64,000 nucleotides of DNA. Origin: Antechinus flavipes (taxonomy: Eukaryota). The stretch covers positions 26,164,001-26,228,000 of the forward strand of contig NC_067401.1 in assembly GCF_016432865.1 (NCBI RefSeq), given 5' to 3'. The notes beneath the pieces were generated by a model. It ran no database searches, was not told the origin of the DNA, and saw only the letters and a list, made by a program, of their open reading frames with translations. Made by a program: the position numbers and the translations under genes. Each line of letters begins with the position of its first letter. Within the stretch, counting starts at the first letter, position 1. Shown in pieces: positions 22,901-37,700 of the stretch.

Positions 22901-25727
22901 GGTTGATCTGTATTCTACTAACAAGCATCTAATAGCAGAACACTTGGGGGTGCCATGGTGAAAGAGGAGAGAGAAGACAGTTTCATCTCATATGCAAGAT
23001 CCCAAAAATATGCCTCTCAATCTGAATTCCCAAGGGAAAGAAATCAGAGAGCTAGAAGGGACTTCAGAAACCACCTAGTCTAGCTCCTTTCATTTTACAA
23101 ATGACTGAGGCACAGAGGGTTTAGGTGACCTGCCCAAAGTCTCTCGGGTAGTAAATGCTTCAGAAGTGGGATTTGAACCTGGCTCCTATGTTGTTGCTCT
23201 TGTTCATCCTTTGTTTTTGAAGAGGACAGAGGGATACAGAGTCTAGGACACCAGCACCATTAGGTTGATCATTAAGATGAAAAAGATGTTAGAAGGCAAA
23301 GATTTAGGGAGTTCAATGTAAGTTTCTGGAGATCATTCAGGCAAGACCCTTTCTTGGCTAGAAGAGGGAAGGAATGACCCCTGATGATCCTATCAGGACC
23401 ATGGACTCCACTCTTGGCAGAGTGTAGACACTTCTACTCTTCGTTCCAGGGCAAACTGGAAAGGAAGAAGTAAGGGTCTTATTCTAGATGTGGTCAAGGA
23501 TGGAAGAAAGCAGGAAAGATCTCCCTCTTTTTTCCCTCCCACTGGCCCCTCTGTTTTCTGGCTGATTATTTCTGAGCTGGGAGCACAGAGCAGGGCTGCC
23601 TCCACTCGGAATGAGCATCTCTATGGTAACTGAGGTGTGTGTTCCCCCGGCTCACAGCAGGGAAGCTGGTTTTCTGCTCCAGCTTTTGGGGGAATTCATC
23701 CTTGCTGGCTCATCCCAGAAGCCAGAAACCAACTCTCCTACCTAGGTTTAGATGGAAATAGGAGAGCAATTCCTCCTCAGATTATTGGAACTGGGATTGG
23801 GAAATGAATCCATGATGGGCAGTAGACTTCCTTTCCTTTCTTGTCTCCTTAGTCCCTTCCCCTCCCACCTCCCACCCGGCACAACATTTCTCAGAGACAT
23901 AATACAAGGAGCCAGTCTTGATTCATATATCAACAGGCTTTTATCTACCTCCAGGGGAGTTGGGGGCAGGCCAGGAAATGAGAAAGCTCACAAGTGTGCT
24001 AAGATGATCACTCCAGGCCATGGAAGCATAGAGCTCAGAGCTTTGCATAGATTGTTTAGTATTTTTTTTTTTTACTTGATTCCATGAGACCAGAATTCTG
24101 TAGCATAAGCTACTTACACCTCTCTGGGGGATCAATTTTCTTAATGTCTCAGATCCCCCATCACCCTCAGGGTGGGTGCTTCATATGCTCACATTTGCCT
24201 TCTCTGCCCCCAAACTCTTTTCCAATATTTCTTTCTTCTGGCTTGGGCAAAAGCAGCTCTAGCCCAGGTTGTGGGGGTCATGGCCCAAGCAGAAAGCCAC
24301 TAAAGATAGCTGGGCAATGGGGGTATTTAGATGAACCAAATCTGGTTTCAGAATCTTAAATGGAAGTAACTAAGCCCAGAAATAAAGGATAGCCGTTCTC
24401 ACGTTTTATAATTTTATGAACATATACATAAATGCCAAGAGCCAGGGTTAGAGTTGTTGTTCCTAAGGTAGCAATAGGCTCTGCCCTCCCTGGAGGTCTA
24501 CTTGTCCTGTTTCTTAGAATCTGGCCCTCTAGAACCTGATAAATAGCTCCCCCCAAAAAAAGAGAGAAGTTTATCTTTTTTTTAAAAAGTCCCCTTTCTT
24601 CCCACTAAGTAAGAGGGTCAAATGTTCTCAGAAGGTTTACTATCTTTTGGAGGATAGAGCTTTGTCTGTTGCCAAAGGTGTTTCTCTTCTACTCAACCCC
24701 ATTCCTTTCACTGGCCACAGATTCTGTCCTGTCCTCTCTACAGCTTCAGTTCCTCAAAAGGGAGGCACAGGCCGGATTGACTCATTCACTGCCTTCCCCT
24801 GGGTGTGGTACAGGATGACTTCATTACCTAACATCCCATCTATCTTGACTAGCGAGTTGACCTTCTTCCTTCTGACAGCAAGTTGGCCACCAGGCCAGTA
24901 AGACCTGCCTGGGGAACTTCTGGCAGGTGAGGAGGATGCCTCTGAGGAGCTAAAAGGGAGCCTCAAGCTCTCAGGGGGATTAAAAATCTTTGGCTGTCCA
25001 GATTTTATGAAACCTGAAGGAAGAGGAAGGTCAGCAGCAGCATCACACCCTCCCCCTCCCCCCCAAGCCTTCTTCCCACGCATTTATGTTTGAAACTTCC
25101 TGCATGACAAGGTAATCGTGTCTCCAGCAGCCCGCCCCCAGAAAGACTGGGAGGGACTGCCAGGCTGGCTAGCTGCTGTCCTTCTCTCCAGCTGCCACGT
25201 AGATGGCTGGGAGCTGTCCAGGGTACTGTTTCTGGGCAGTCCGGCAAGTGGTTCATTCTATGCTGGAATTCATCATTCATTAACTAATCCATCCATTCAC
25301 CTATAAATTCACTGAACAGCCATTATTAAACACCTATTGAGGGTGAAATATTGTGCTAGGAATGGGGAGAGAAAGTGCAAATTATTGACAGAGCTAATTG
25401 TACTGATATCATGCATAAAGGGGTCTGGAGACTGTCAGCCTCCTGAGATATAATAGAAAGAACACCGCATTAAGTCAGAAAATCTAGGTTAAAATCTCAT
25501 TCTGACATTTACTACTTGTGCAACCTTGGACAAACTTCCTGCGCTTAAGTTTGTTCATCTGTAAAACAAAGGGCTTGGACTAGAAATCATCTAAAACGCT
25601 AGATCTAGAATTCTATAATTGGGCTCTTTAATTGTAGGAAGAGGGAAAATTCTCTTCATAGGTTCATTATAGATTTAAGGCTATCAGAGACTGAAGAGTT
25701 CGTCTAGCCCAATTCTGAACCTCTGTC

Positions 25728-25788
<61 letters not shown>

Positions 25789-28700
25789 TAGACCCCAACC
25801 CCTTCTGAGAATAATGTATTTTAATGCATAAAATAAAAACAAATATTTTAAATGTTAATGAACTCTAAGTATCCCTGATCAAGTCTAACCATGTTTTTTT
25901 TTTCACAGAGGAGAATTGAAAAATTCACCTGATGAGTGATAGAGAAGTGAATCCTTCTCTTTAGATTTCAGATCCATGCTTTTGTCCAGCACATAACTAC
26001 CTGCTTTTATCTGGGGAGATTTTCCTGGAAATATGCCTTCTCTGCAGTCTCATAGACATGTTCCTGTAAATGACTACTTTTTTCCTGACACAACTGGGGG
26101 TAAGTGACTTGCCCAAGTCAAATAGTATCTATGGTTGAATTTGAACACAGACCCTCCTGACTCCAAGACCAATGCTCTCTTCACTGTGCTACCTCATTGC
26201 CCTTTATAAACCAGCCACTAGAGATTGTGTACCTGGTCTTTGTGAGCAAGTGTGGAAGAGGAGAGAATGAGGAAGAGAGAAGGAGATGCTTGTAGCATGA
26301 GAGCAGGAGAGAAAACTGACATCTAGGAAAAGGGATTAGGATGTAATAGCAACTCCGTGAGCCTAGCCTGCTCAGGGGCATTGAGCCAAGGATTCAACTA
26401 CGTGTGACTTTCGAGGAAGGACTCAATGTTCAGGCCCCCGTTCCCCAGTGTAGATCAATTTTATTTGTGACCTTGAGCTGTAAGAGTTTAGACTTCTCAC
26501 TTGCCAACAGAACTGAAATCTCCTTCAGGCAAGATCTCTCCTGTGTCCTGCACAGTGGTGGGTACATTAAATGCCTTTGATAAAGTGAACTGAAAATTCA
26601 CCACTGCCCCTGCTTGAACAAGGTGCCTAGTAGTCCCTTGGAAGTGATTTTTCAGGTGACCCGTCTCGCAGCAAAACCCAGATTCTTCACCTCCACATTC
26701 TTTGCTCAAATCCATCTTTAAAATCAGCCTTGAAGCACCCAGAGAACTTTGACTTCTCAAGAAGAAAAAAAAACCCAGAAAAGTCCTTAAAACCCCCAGC
26801 TAGAATTAAAAACAAAGAGACCGGGGCCCACAATCTCAATGCCAGTGAGCTGTTTGGGAACGGACAGAGAAGGAACCTTTCATCTTCACTGTAGTGCTTT
26901 GAGGTTACCAAGTGAGCCATGTTATTTAAGGGTCATGGGGTCTGAGAGTAAATCCTTTAAGAAGAGTGGAGCTTGGTGAGCAGCCAGGATAAGAATAGCC
27001 TTTGGCAATCTCCCTCCCATCTTGATCACCTCAATCTGATGATGGTAAAGGGTCTTGAGTCCTTGCCATCTGAGGATCGTGGCATAAACTAGAGATGATT
27101 AGCTTGGAGAAGAAGAGAGTGGGGGTAGGGAATGATAGCTATCTTCCAGTAGCATTAAAGCTGTTCTATAAAAGGAAGAATTAAACTTGGACTTCCTAAA
27201 TGCCAGAAGATGGAACTGGGAGCAGCGAGTGGAAATTGCAAAGATGCAGGTTTAGGTTTGAAGTCTGAAAAAACTCCATCTGGCCCAAGTAGGATGGGCT
27301 GTTGGGAGGCAGAGGGTCTCCTGCTACCACAGGTCTCCAAGCAGAGGTCAGATGGGGATACTCTAATGGGTTTTGGTTTTCAGGTATGGATCAGACCAGG
27401 TGTGGCTGCTTAGGTCCCTTCTGGCTCTGACATTCTGGGATTTTGAGGAGTGAGATTCATGCGATACCCTGAAAATGAGTAATTCACTGAATAGGGCAGA
27501 GAAGAAAGCGGGGAGGGGGGCAGGGATGGAGGAACCTCCAATATGAAGAGGAATCCTTGCAGGGAAAAGAGAGAAAGACTCAAAACAGCCAGGAGTCCAA
27601 GACATTAAATATGAGGCAAAGACTTTGGCTTCTCAGCACAATTACGCAAGGTGGGGTGCAAACGTTCCCTCGAACCTGCTTCTCTTTTCATTTATTAGCA
27701 TCTCCTTCCCATTCCCCAGAGCCGCTCACTGCAGACTTTCCCTGTTAATGAAAGCTGCTTAGCAACAGGGAGCTGAATCATGAGACCCTGCTGTTGCTGC
27801 TGTTCCTTGGAGCCCGGGAGGACCCCCACCTCCCACTCCTATGGAGGAGGGGCACAGTCCCAGTCTGGAAGCAGTTCCAACGTTAACCCATCCTGTGATC
27901 ACGGGGAAGCATTGCGATGCCCTATGGAGGGAGCAGGAACTGAGCAACTCCAACAATCACAGACTTGGAATTGTAAAGGATCTTTAAAAAGCATCTGGGT
28001 TCTTCATCTCTGAACCAGCCTACTCTCCCTGCACCAAGGAAGCCACTCTGGGGGAGAAGGATTTCTGGAGCCTGAGGGCTGGGAGCCTCTTGGGAGCTTT
28101 CTCAGCTTCCTCTCACAGTCCACTCACCAAAGGTTAGATTTTAGCCAAATGAAATAGTAGCACAGTCCCGCCCTGTTCGGTTCAGAGGCAGAGGTGCTCC
28201 CTGAACACCGGGGAGAGGGCAGAGCAGTTTCTTTGTCTTCTCCAAAGAGCACAATTGATGCCTCATTGATTTTTGGAGTACCATGCTAGGCAGAGTGGCT
28301 AGCTATGTCATAGTTAGTGCTTGGCACACAGTAAGTAATTTGTGCTTGGAACCCTGACCTTCAGGACCTAATTCCTAAAAGGCAAGAACAGAGATAGTTT
28401 TGCATCCATCTTGGAGAGAGTGAGGCAGGAAATCCCTCAGAATGTTCAAATTAGAAAGGTGAACATCCCTNNNNNNNNNNNNNNNNNNNNNNNNNNNNNN
28501 NNNNNNNNNNNNNNNNNNNNNNNNNNNNNNNNNNNNNNNNNNNNNNNNNNNNNNNNNNNNNNNNNNNNNNNNNNNNNNNNNNNNNNNNNNNNNNNNNNNN
28601 NNNNNNNNNAGCCCCCCTCTGCTGACAAACAAAGCCTCCTTCTTCAAACAAATGTCTGTGAGCAGGAACCTGGCCAGCTTCTCCAACTGGACAGACAGGT

Positions 28701-31700
28701 TCCGGAGCAAGAACGGACACACCCACGGTAAGCAACTTCCCCAGTGCACATGGATTCCTTGGCTCCACTTGGAATTCCCTGGCTCCTCCTCTCACTGCCA
28801 GGAACCTGGGCCTGGGGCTCAGACCTGACCTCCCTTGGCTTCTGAAATGCACCTGGCTTTGATGTATAAACCTTTGCTCCAGGAATCCCACTGCTAAGCC
28901 TTGATTGATTTTAGCCCTTATTTTTTGAGTGATTTAGTCCCTTAGGATCACCTAAAAGGCAATAGAAAAATGTGCGGTCGAAAATGAGCAGACCACATGC
29001 TACACACAAGGGAGTGGCCCATGGGGTGATATAAAGGGTATCCTATACAAAGTATGACTTAGGGGAAAAAAGGGCTGGCCATGTAGTGGGAGCAGAGGAT
29101 AATCAGCTGCACAGTTTGGTTCCAGAGAAGATCAAGAGAATGAAGAACGGAAGCCAGGATGCCAGCATGTTGGCTAGTTCCTTTGAGGCAAGACTCACAC
29201 GAGTCAAATAGGATGGGCTACAGTTTGCCACCCTGGAGGGAATACACACCTTGGTGAGATCACAAATCCATGTGGAGCACCGAACTGATCATGATGATGG
29301 TCCCTCTTCAAGGATCCATCCTTTTGTCCCCTCTCTCTACTAGGCTGATTTCACCTAGGCCTTAGGCGGGGATCTTTGGGCAGTGCTGGGACCAAATGAG
29401 TAATAAGTTTATCAGGTTCAAAAGATCAAAGATCTGAAGCTGAAAGGAATCCTGGAGGCCACTGAATAAGTCTCATTTTTCATATGAAGAATCTAAGACT
29501 GAGCACAATTAAGTGACTTGCCATGGGCCATACAACTCTTAAGTATCTGAGACAGGATTTGAATTCAAGTCATCCTGACTCTAAGCCCAGCACTGGAGGA
29601 CCTCCCTTCTCAAAATGATCATCACCAAATCCATCAGCAACAGAACAGTGATAACAGCTACTCTAGTTGGGTGAAAGAGGCCATAGATCATTACCCCACA
29701 AAGAACAGCACTGGGACTCCAAAAGAATCGCAGCAGAGGAGAGCTGAGAGGGGCCCTCAGTGGCGATCTAATCCAACCCCTGCCTCAGAAGTATGTCCAT
29801 GCCATTCCCACTAAGTAGTTGTCTGGTCTCCGCTCCCAGACCTCCAAGGTGTGGGGAACCCTACCAGAGGCCCATTCCGCTTTTGGAAAGCCTACTTCTT
29901 AGGAAGTTTTTCCTGATACAAGTTTAAATTGATCACTTGGCAATTCCTACCCATTCCTCCTAGTGTCCAGGCACTTCTCCATTTGACAACCCTTCACAGA
30001 CTTGGAGACAATTATGTTCTCCCTGGGTCTTCTCTTCCCCTATTCTTTCTACAGCTCTTCATATAATATACACTCAAGGACATCTGCCATCTTGGTTGCC
30101 CCCATCCATCCATCCATCCCCCAGTTTATCAATGTCCTTCTTGAACCGAGCTCAGTGGCCCAAGCCAAACCCAATACTCCAGAGGTATGCTGCCTGGGGC
30201 AGAGAAGAGCTAGACCATCACCTCCCTGCTCCTGGAAGCCCTGCTCCTCTTAACAGAGCCCCAAGTCACACTAGCTTTTTTGGCTGCCATGTTGCACTGC
30301 TGACTCATACTGAGCTTGCAGCCCATTGACATTCTCAGATCTTTAACTGAACAACTGCTGTCTATCCATGCCTCCCGAAATAGATCCGATCCAGCCATTT
30401 TTGTGCACTTAATATTGTCAGGCACTGCAGTAGGCACTGGGAATACAAAGACACACAAAAACTTAGCTCCTGCCCTCAAAGAGCTTACGTTCTATTGGGG
30501 GAAATAATATCTGTATAAAACATTAAATACAAGATGTATACAAAGACTGCAAGTCTCCCACGGAGGGCCCCTTGTTAACTAGGATAGCAGTTCTAGAGGG
30601 CACGAATAAGGGAAGGAGGCAGGGATGTGGCAGGAATGGAGATGACATGAAGGACTCTGGAGCAGTGGAGAGCGGAAGCCAGGGCTCAGTGGCTTAGGAT
30701 GCTTATAGCTCAGGATGAAGGAAACTCCAAAGGAACATATGGGGCAGGAGGCTATCCCTCCTTTGTTTGCAAATAAGGCGTTTATATATGGGAGTACGCA
30801 GAAGGGTCTTGTCTGGATTAGTAGCTGGTTTGGAGAGGCAGGGCAGCCGGAAGGCCCCCAGAACACAGAGAGAATTTAGGGAAGGACAAGAGTCACATTG
30901 ATGAGATATGACCATGTTGCTTCTTGACAATTGGCAAACATCCTAGTGGATGGGATAACAGACTTGGAGTCACAAAGATTTCTCCCTTTACTCCCTTTAC
31001 TTCTGCTCTCACAGCCTTGCTTGGCTGTAACAGCTATGGATCACCTCCTGTTACCATGACCCTGAGCAGAGCCACCTCCTAGCTGCCCAAGGCAGCCCAT
31101 TCTGGGCTCAAGAACTGGGAGACCGGAGTCTTTGTCCCAGGTTTTCCATGCATGGGGTGGGGAAAGGGAATCAAATTCAATGCTTTGGGTGAGACTGCCT
31201 GATTCAATGGAAGGAAGAATTCAAGTCAGAAGATGCTGCTCCACCATGGACTCCCCAGTGACCTTGGGGGTAAGTCCCATGCTCTGTTCCCTTATCTGTA
31301 TAATGAGGAAGATGCCCTGGCCTTCTGGGGAATCAGGAAAAAACGCTCTTCAAGCGCAACCCAAGGGACAAGATAAATGTGAGACAAATACAATAACAGC
31401 AGCATTGTTATCACTTCGAGGGGAGGCTGAGAACGCACTTCAGGTCAATAGCTTCCCTTGCTCACTCCATTGCTGGCACAGCTGAAGTGCGGTCTACATT
31501 AGCCAGTTAGAAAGAACCAGACTGGGCCATTACTCTGGGGAGTCTCGCTGGATGGCTCATAGATGAGCTGGGGATGGGGGCTGCTGCTCCCCCCGGCTTC
31601 GCTGGGAAACCCTCCTGCTTAGCCTGTCGGCCGCCCGCCTCCTCCCCTAGACTTTTCCTGCCTGCCCATCGTGTTCCATGAGGGGCAAGAGCTAGGCGTG

Positions 31701-34700
31701 GTCAACGCAGAGCCCGCACAAGAGATCACACAGGATCACAGATTTAGACCCAGAAGTCTCTGGAGGATGTCTACCTCAACCTCTTCAGCTTTACAATTTG
31801 GAAAATGGAGACACCAGACAGGTCGCAACTTGCTTTCTGAAGTCACACTAGTAATCAGTATCAGAGACAGGATCTGAATCCAAGATCTCTGCCTGCCTCC
31901 CCAGTCTATGACAGCTCATGGCAACCTGGGTGGTGTAGGATATAAAGAAATAACCATAAGATCCTGATCCAACCCAATAAGTATTTAAAATAATAACAAT
32001 TTATCTTTTAATTTTTTTTTTGCTGAGGCTATTGGGCTTAAGTGACTTGCCCAGGGTCACACAGCTAACAAACACAGTGTTAGTGTCTGAGGTCACATTT
32101 GAACTCAGGACCTCCTGACTTCAGGGCTTCTATCCACTGCACCAACTAGCTGTCCTGATAATTTATCATTTTAAGAGTATCTTTTAAAGTTTGCAAAATA
32201 TATAAGTTACCCTGGGAGACAGGGGCTGGATTTCTTTTGCAGATAAACAGTTAAGGCAGAAAGAGATTAAGTGACTCGCCCAGAATCACACAGTTAGGGA
32301 AGGATCTGAATTCAGGTCTTCCAGATTCTAGCTTCAGTATTCTAGCGGCTATGCCATCTACAAAGAACACTTTGTCTTTAAGGTAGATATGAGGTACCAG
32401 CTTGTGCAAAGATTAATGTTCTGGATGCTCTAAGTGCATGGAGGGAAGTGCTTCAGCATATTCTCTGCTTAGATTTAAAGGCTCAGACAGTTGCCTGGGG
32501 AGTCCATTGATTTGCCAAGGGTCACACAGTCAGAATTTGAGGCCTCTAAGATAGGTCTCTCGCCCATCTTCTCCAAAAACAAATACATGAACGATCATCT
32601 GAGGAAGGAGAGCACCCCGAGCCTGCAAAGCCTCCTGTAGGAAGTGGCCTATGGCCTGAGCCTTGAAGGAAGCTGTGGATCCCCAGAGGCAGAGATGAGG
32701 AAGGAGAGCATTCAGGGCAGCAGGAGAAGGAGGGCCAGTTCAGGAACGGTATGTGATCATGACTGGGTTCAAAGGCTGGGTTTGTGAAGTTGAGTGAATC
32801 ATTTCCTTTCTAGGGTCTCAAAGATCCTCCCTCTATAAAACAAGGGAGTTCAATAAGATGCTTTCTAAGGCCCTTTTCAGCTATATAAGGTGTGAGCTGG
32901 CTGGGGGCTGCTGAAGCAAATGGAATGGATGGGTATGTCACAAGGTCCTGGCTCTGGGCATGGTAACGGGACTGGGCTAGAAGCTAAATCTTACCAAGAA
33001 GGCCCAGGTGTCCAGCTAACCCATGACTAAGTTGGAATGGGAGCCTATTGAGCTTTGAATTTTATGCCAGTCTCTAGGCTGACATTTTTGAGTTAAAATT
33101 CTTTTATTCCATAATGGGAAAATTCTATAATTTTGCAGGAAGTTGTATTTTGCAGCTGAAAAAATGAAACACTGGAAATTGAATTAAATCCCACTTTTGA
33201 CCTTTATTATCGTGGGCAAGTCACGTGGACAGCCTGGACTTCAGTTTCCTCATTTATAAAATGGGAAAGTAAAGGTCAAATAAGGTAAATCAGGGCAAGA
33301 GTTCCCGTTAGGATTAGAGCTGGGCCGATTCCTTTCTTGTCCAAGGCCCTATTTCCTCAATCTGACTCACACATAATAAGGGAACATTATGTGTGAAAGG
33401 CAAGGTTGCAGTCATGAAGAGAGAGCCGGTCTTGGAATTAGTATGACTGGGGTTAAAAACCTGTCTCTCATGAGTAGCTGAGTCTGAACAAGTCCCAGGA
33501 TCTCTCAGTGGTCCAGGCTAACCCTGTACTGTATAGTGGGTGCTCACCCACAGCACGAGGGAGCTTCCTCACCTGGGAGTTCCCTATGTCCATGACACCA
33601 CAAACCTGATTCGAAATCCAAAAACTCCCCACTATGTGTGAGGTACTGTGTTGGGCACAGTGCAAGCAGAGACAGCTAAACATGGAAGGGGCCAGCTTAA
33701 TACCTTTCCAAGTTAATTGAATCAGAGCTGATGTAATTTTCCCTCAGCAAACATTATAGATTACAATCAGTCCTCTGTGTGACTTACTATGTGAAGGGCC
33801 TGGGAAAACATTCGTCTTCAAAAGATAGGGGCAGAAGTTAAGAGTCTCAGAAACCTACCATGAGCTTCAAAGAGCCAAAGATCTGGGAAAAAACAATTTT
33901 TTCTCTCTTGCTTCCACGCTTCAAAGGAAAGATCTTGGATTTGCAGTCTCGGGACCCAGGTCTGGATCCCAGCACTGTCATGATAAGTGGTGTTAACTTA
34001 GGCAAGTCACTTCCCTTTGGGGAGCCCCACCTGTAAAATGAGGAGGGGGTTGGGCTGGATGGCCTGACTTGCTTCCTAGTTCTAAATCCTACAATTTGAT
34101 TAATAGCTGATCATTTCTGTCCAGTTCTCTTAAACGCACTCATTTTTTTTTGGTTGTCCTTGAGACAAGTAGGGTTAAATGACTTGCCCAGTAAATTAGT
34201 AAAATAATAAGTATCTGAGGGATTTGAATTTAGGGATTCCTGATTCCAGATCATTGCCCCACGTAGCTGCTCCCCTCACTCGTCAGCTACGGTGAAAAGC
34301 TGCCTAGCTCCTTGCTACTTGTTCCCGAGGATTTAGGAAGAACAAACTTTCAGGAAATCTAAAGTAAATTCAGCTTAGAGGTTTTAGTTTTGATCCATTC
34401 AGAGGCAGAAAGGTTCTGGGTTTACCTCGATCNNNNNNNNNNNNNNNNNNNNNNNNNNNNNNNNNNNNNNNNNNNNNNNNNNNNNNNNNNNNNNNNNNNN
34501 NNNNNNNNNNNNNNNNNNNNNNNNNNNNNNNNNNNNNNNNNNNNNNNNNNNNNNNNNNNNNNNNNNNNNNNNNNNNNNNGGTGAGGGTAAGAGAACTGAA
34601 TTGAAGAATAAAAGAATGGAAGAGCATCAGAAAAAATAATCACCAGGCTACGCCAAGTAGTCACTGCTGAATAAGGACAAGCTGAAAGATGCTTAAAGGC

Positions 34701-37700
34701 AGCTCCAGGGAACAATTCCACTTTGCCCATGACTCCAAAATCATGGGTTCAAATTTTGCCTCTGCCTCTGTACTAGTTACTCATTCACCTAATCAGCGAA
34801 TCTTTGTTAAGCACCTCTTATGTGCCAGGCCCGGTTCTAGGGGTACAGATAAAACAGTGAGTCATTCCATTCCTTTTGCCCACAAAGATCCGCTCTCTCA
34901 TATACGCAGCCCCTGTCACTCACCACACAGAGCAATGATATGGCTGCTGTCTTCATGCACAAACTTCCTGGTGACGGCTTCCTCCATGATCTGCTTTACC
35001 TAGGAACAAATGAAGCTCTCTGTCAGTCTTTCTTAGCCAGAGAAGTCCCAAAGACCCTTGTCACTGACAGGACATCCCAGTGGGCACATGGCAGACTGTC
35101 AAATCTCCCTCCATATACAAAGCAGTTGGTGAAACAGTGGCCTATCTTCCTCCATCAGTAGGCTCTTCCAGACTTGGGGTTCCCCTGGATCTGGGAGGGA
35201 CTCTTATTTCCTAGGGGATTGTGGTTACAACTCATCAAGCTGTCAATGGCTCATCAGTCAACAAGTATTAATCGCCTATTATGTGCCAGGCCCTGGGCAT
35301 GCAGAGATTGGCAAATAAGAACACTGCCTACCTTTAAGGAGGTTACTGTCTAACTGGTCTCATTTCTGGGAGTTCTTGGATCTTAGTAGGGAGAGGGTTA
35401 TAAGTCAAATGAATGAATTATAGACTAGTGAGAGTGATACCCATTTTGTCAGAGTAGGCAGGACATTAACAAATGTCTGGTCCTGCCTACAAAAGGACTT
35501 TTTTTGTTTGGTTTTGTTTAAGCTTGAGACTTCTCTTAGTGAGAGGCAAGGTAAAGTTTCCCAGAACCAGTTACTTCTAAAGGCTCTACAGGTGGATGTG
35601 AATCACTTCAGGGTTAATCCAGGACACGTGGGATGCCTTGCACCTGTGTGTCTCCTCACACTTCCTCACACTTGTTTGGAAACCACTCACCTTGATTAGA
35701 ACTCATCCATTAAGGAAACAGTAGAAAGAAAGAATGATGGATTGGAAGTCAAGAAGACCTAGATTTGAATACCAATCTTTGCCACTAAATAACTGTGATG
35801 TTGGGCAAGTCATTAGCCTCTCTGGGCCTCAGTTTCCTGATCGGTAAAATGGAGAGGGTTGGACTAAATGGCCTCCCGGTTCACTTTCGGCTCTAAATCT
35901 ATGATCCTATAATGGTCTGGCTAGACATCTTTATCTCCGTCACCTGACAAACCTCCCCAAGTTTCAGCATTGTCCAAATATAGCTTGGGTAGCCTAGGCT
36001 CTTTGTCCTACTTTGCTTTTTTACCACTGTGTCCTGCTTCCCATACCACCCGGCCCATCTCCCCCGAGAACGGATTTTGTTTTCTACTTGTGAGCTGGTT
36101 TTCTTTATTTCCCCTGGGTAAGATTCAGTTGGTCATCAGCCTGCTTGTCTGGGGATCTGGCGTCTTTAATGTCTTCCTGGCTATGTTCATCCAGGTGCAT
36201 TTGGGAATCTCCTCACTAATAGGAGAAACCAGTATATTCAATATTTCAGGGCAAGGATTGTCTTTGCCTTTCTTTGTACCTATCTATCAAGCACTATAGT
36301 GGAGTGCCTAGCACATAAGAAACCCTTAACAAATACTTGTTGACTCTATATCTAGTCTCTCTCAGTCAGCCAAAGGAGNNNNNNNNNNNNNNNNNNNNNN
36401 NNNNNNNNNNNNNNNNNNNNNNNNNNNNNNNNNNNNNNNNNNNNNNNNNNNNNNNNNNNNNNNNNNNNNNNNNNNNNNNNNNNNNNNNNNNNNNNNNNNN
36501 NNNNNNNNNNNGAAGGGAAAGGGGAAGTCTTTATAAGAAGTGGTATCCCTACTCCAAAGACCCCCAGACCAGTCTACCTTGGGTCCTGAAATTGGCTGCC
36601 ACATCAAGCTTCCTGAAGTCTGGCACAGAGCTCAGCATCCTTCCTCCCCCAAGTTCCCCTTTCCTTTTAGGCTTTGGAAACTCTTTTCACTAGGGGCATT
36701 TCCTCTTATGGAATTGGGGTGTGTGGGTGTGGGGATATATGTGGTTCCAAGACAGGGCCCCAAAGCCAGGAGGAAGTCAAGAAGGATGCAGAGAAAGGGG
36801 CTCCCGTTGGCTTGGGTAGAATAATAAATGCTTCTGGGTTAACTGGACATTTTAGAAATGAACCCCTTAAAGGAAGAGAACATGGCAGGGCAGCTAAGAC
36901 ACTTCCAAGGGAGAGAGAATCACACTGATGGAAGGGGGAGGGGGACATCGGATAGCCACCGGGAATAGAAGAGGTCAGAGTGGCAAGGCAGAAGGAAACT
37001 GGGAAGGGGGGTGGGGTGGGGGAGCTCTAGTAGGAAAGTACAGGCGTTTCCTTCCACTGAAAATATAGACGATCGGGCGGGTTTTTCTCAGGCAAGAATC
37101 GGGCAGTAGCTTGGCTTAAGGGAATGGGAGGAGGGACAATCTGTCTGGGTGGGGAAAACCTTTCTGTAGCAAAGTCCTTCGTCCCGTGAGCGGGTGCGGG
37201 GGTGGGGTGGGGGCGAGGAGCAGGACGAGATAGGCATCCAACTTCTATAACCCTCGAGCCCCAGAGCTGGGGCTGGTGCCCTGAATTGCCCCGGTACCCC
37301 AGGGAATCCAAAGAGAAACCCCGCCCCCGTACCTCTCTCCTGCAGGGCTTCAGATGAATGAATAGTATCTCTCTCCCTCCCCCCCCCCCCAGCCCCAATC
37401 TCCCTTCCAGAGGAACAACCATCGCTCCCCCTCCCACTCCCCCACCCCGTTCCCCAGGCTGCTGCTGCCGTCATAGGGTGGGGAGCTGCAGGGACCGCGG
37501 AGAAAACAAGCACGGGGGAACACTGGGAGAGACTCCCCCCTCTCGGGGAGGGTCCTCCCAAATAAAGAGGGTCCCTCCAAAGCAAGAAGGGGGCCCTAAA
37601 GTAAGGGACCACCCCGAGCTGGCCCTTTTGGATGTCCTACTCTCCCACCCACGCTAGGTTTGTTGGGGAGCACCCACTGGGACCCCGGGACTGGGCTCCT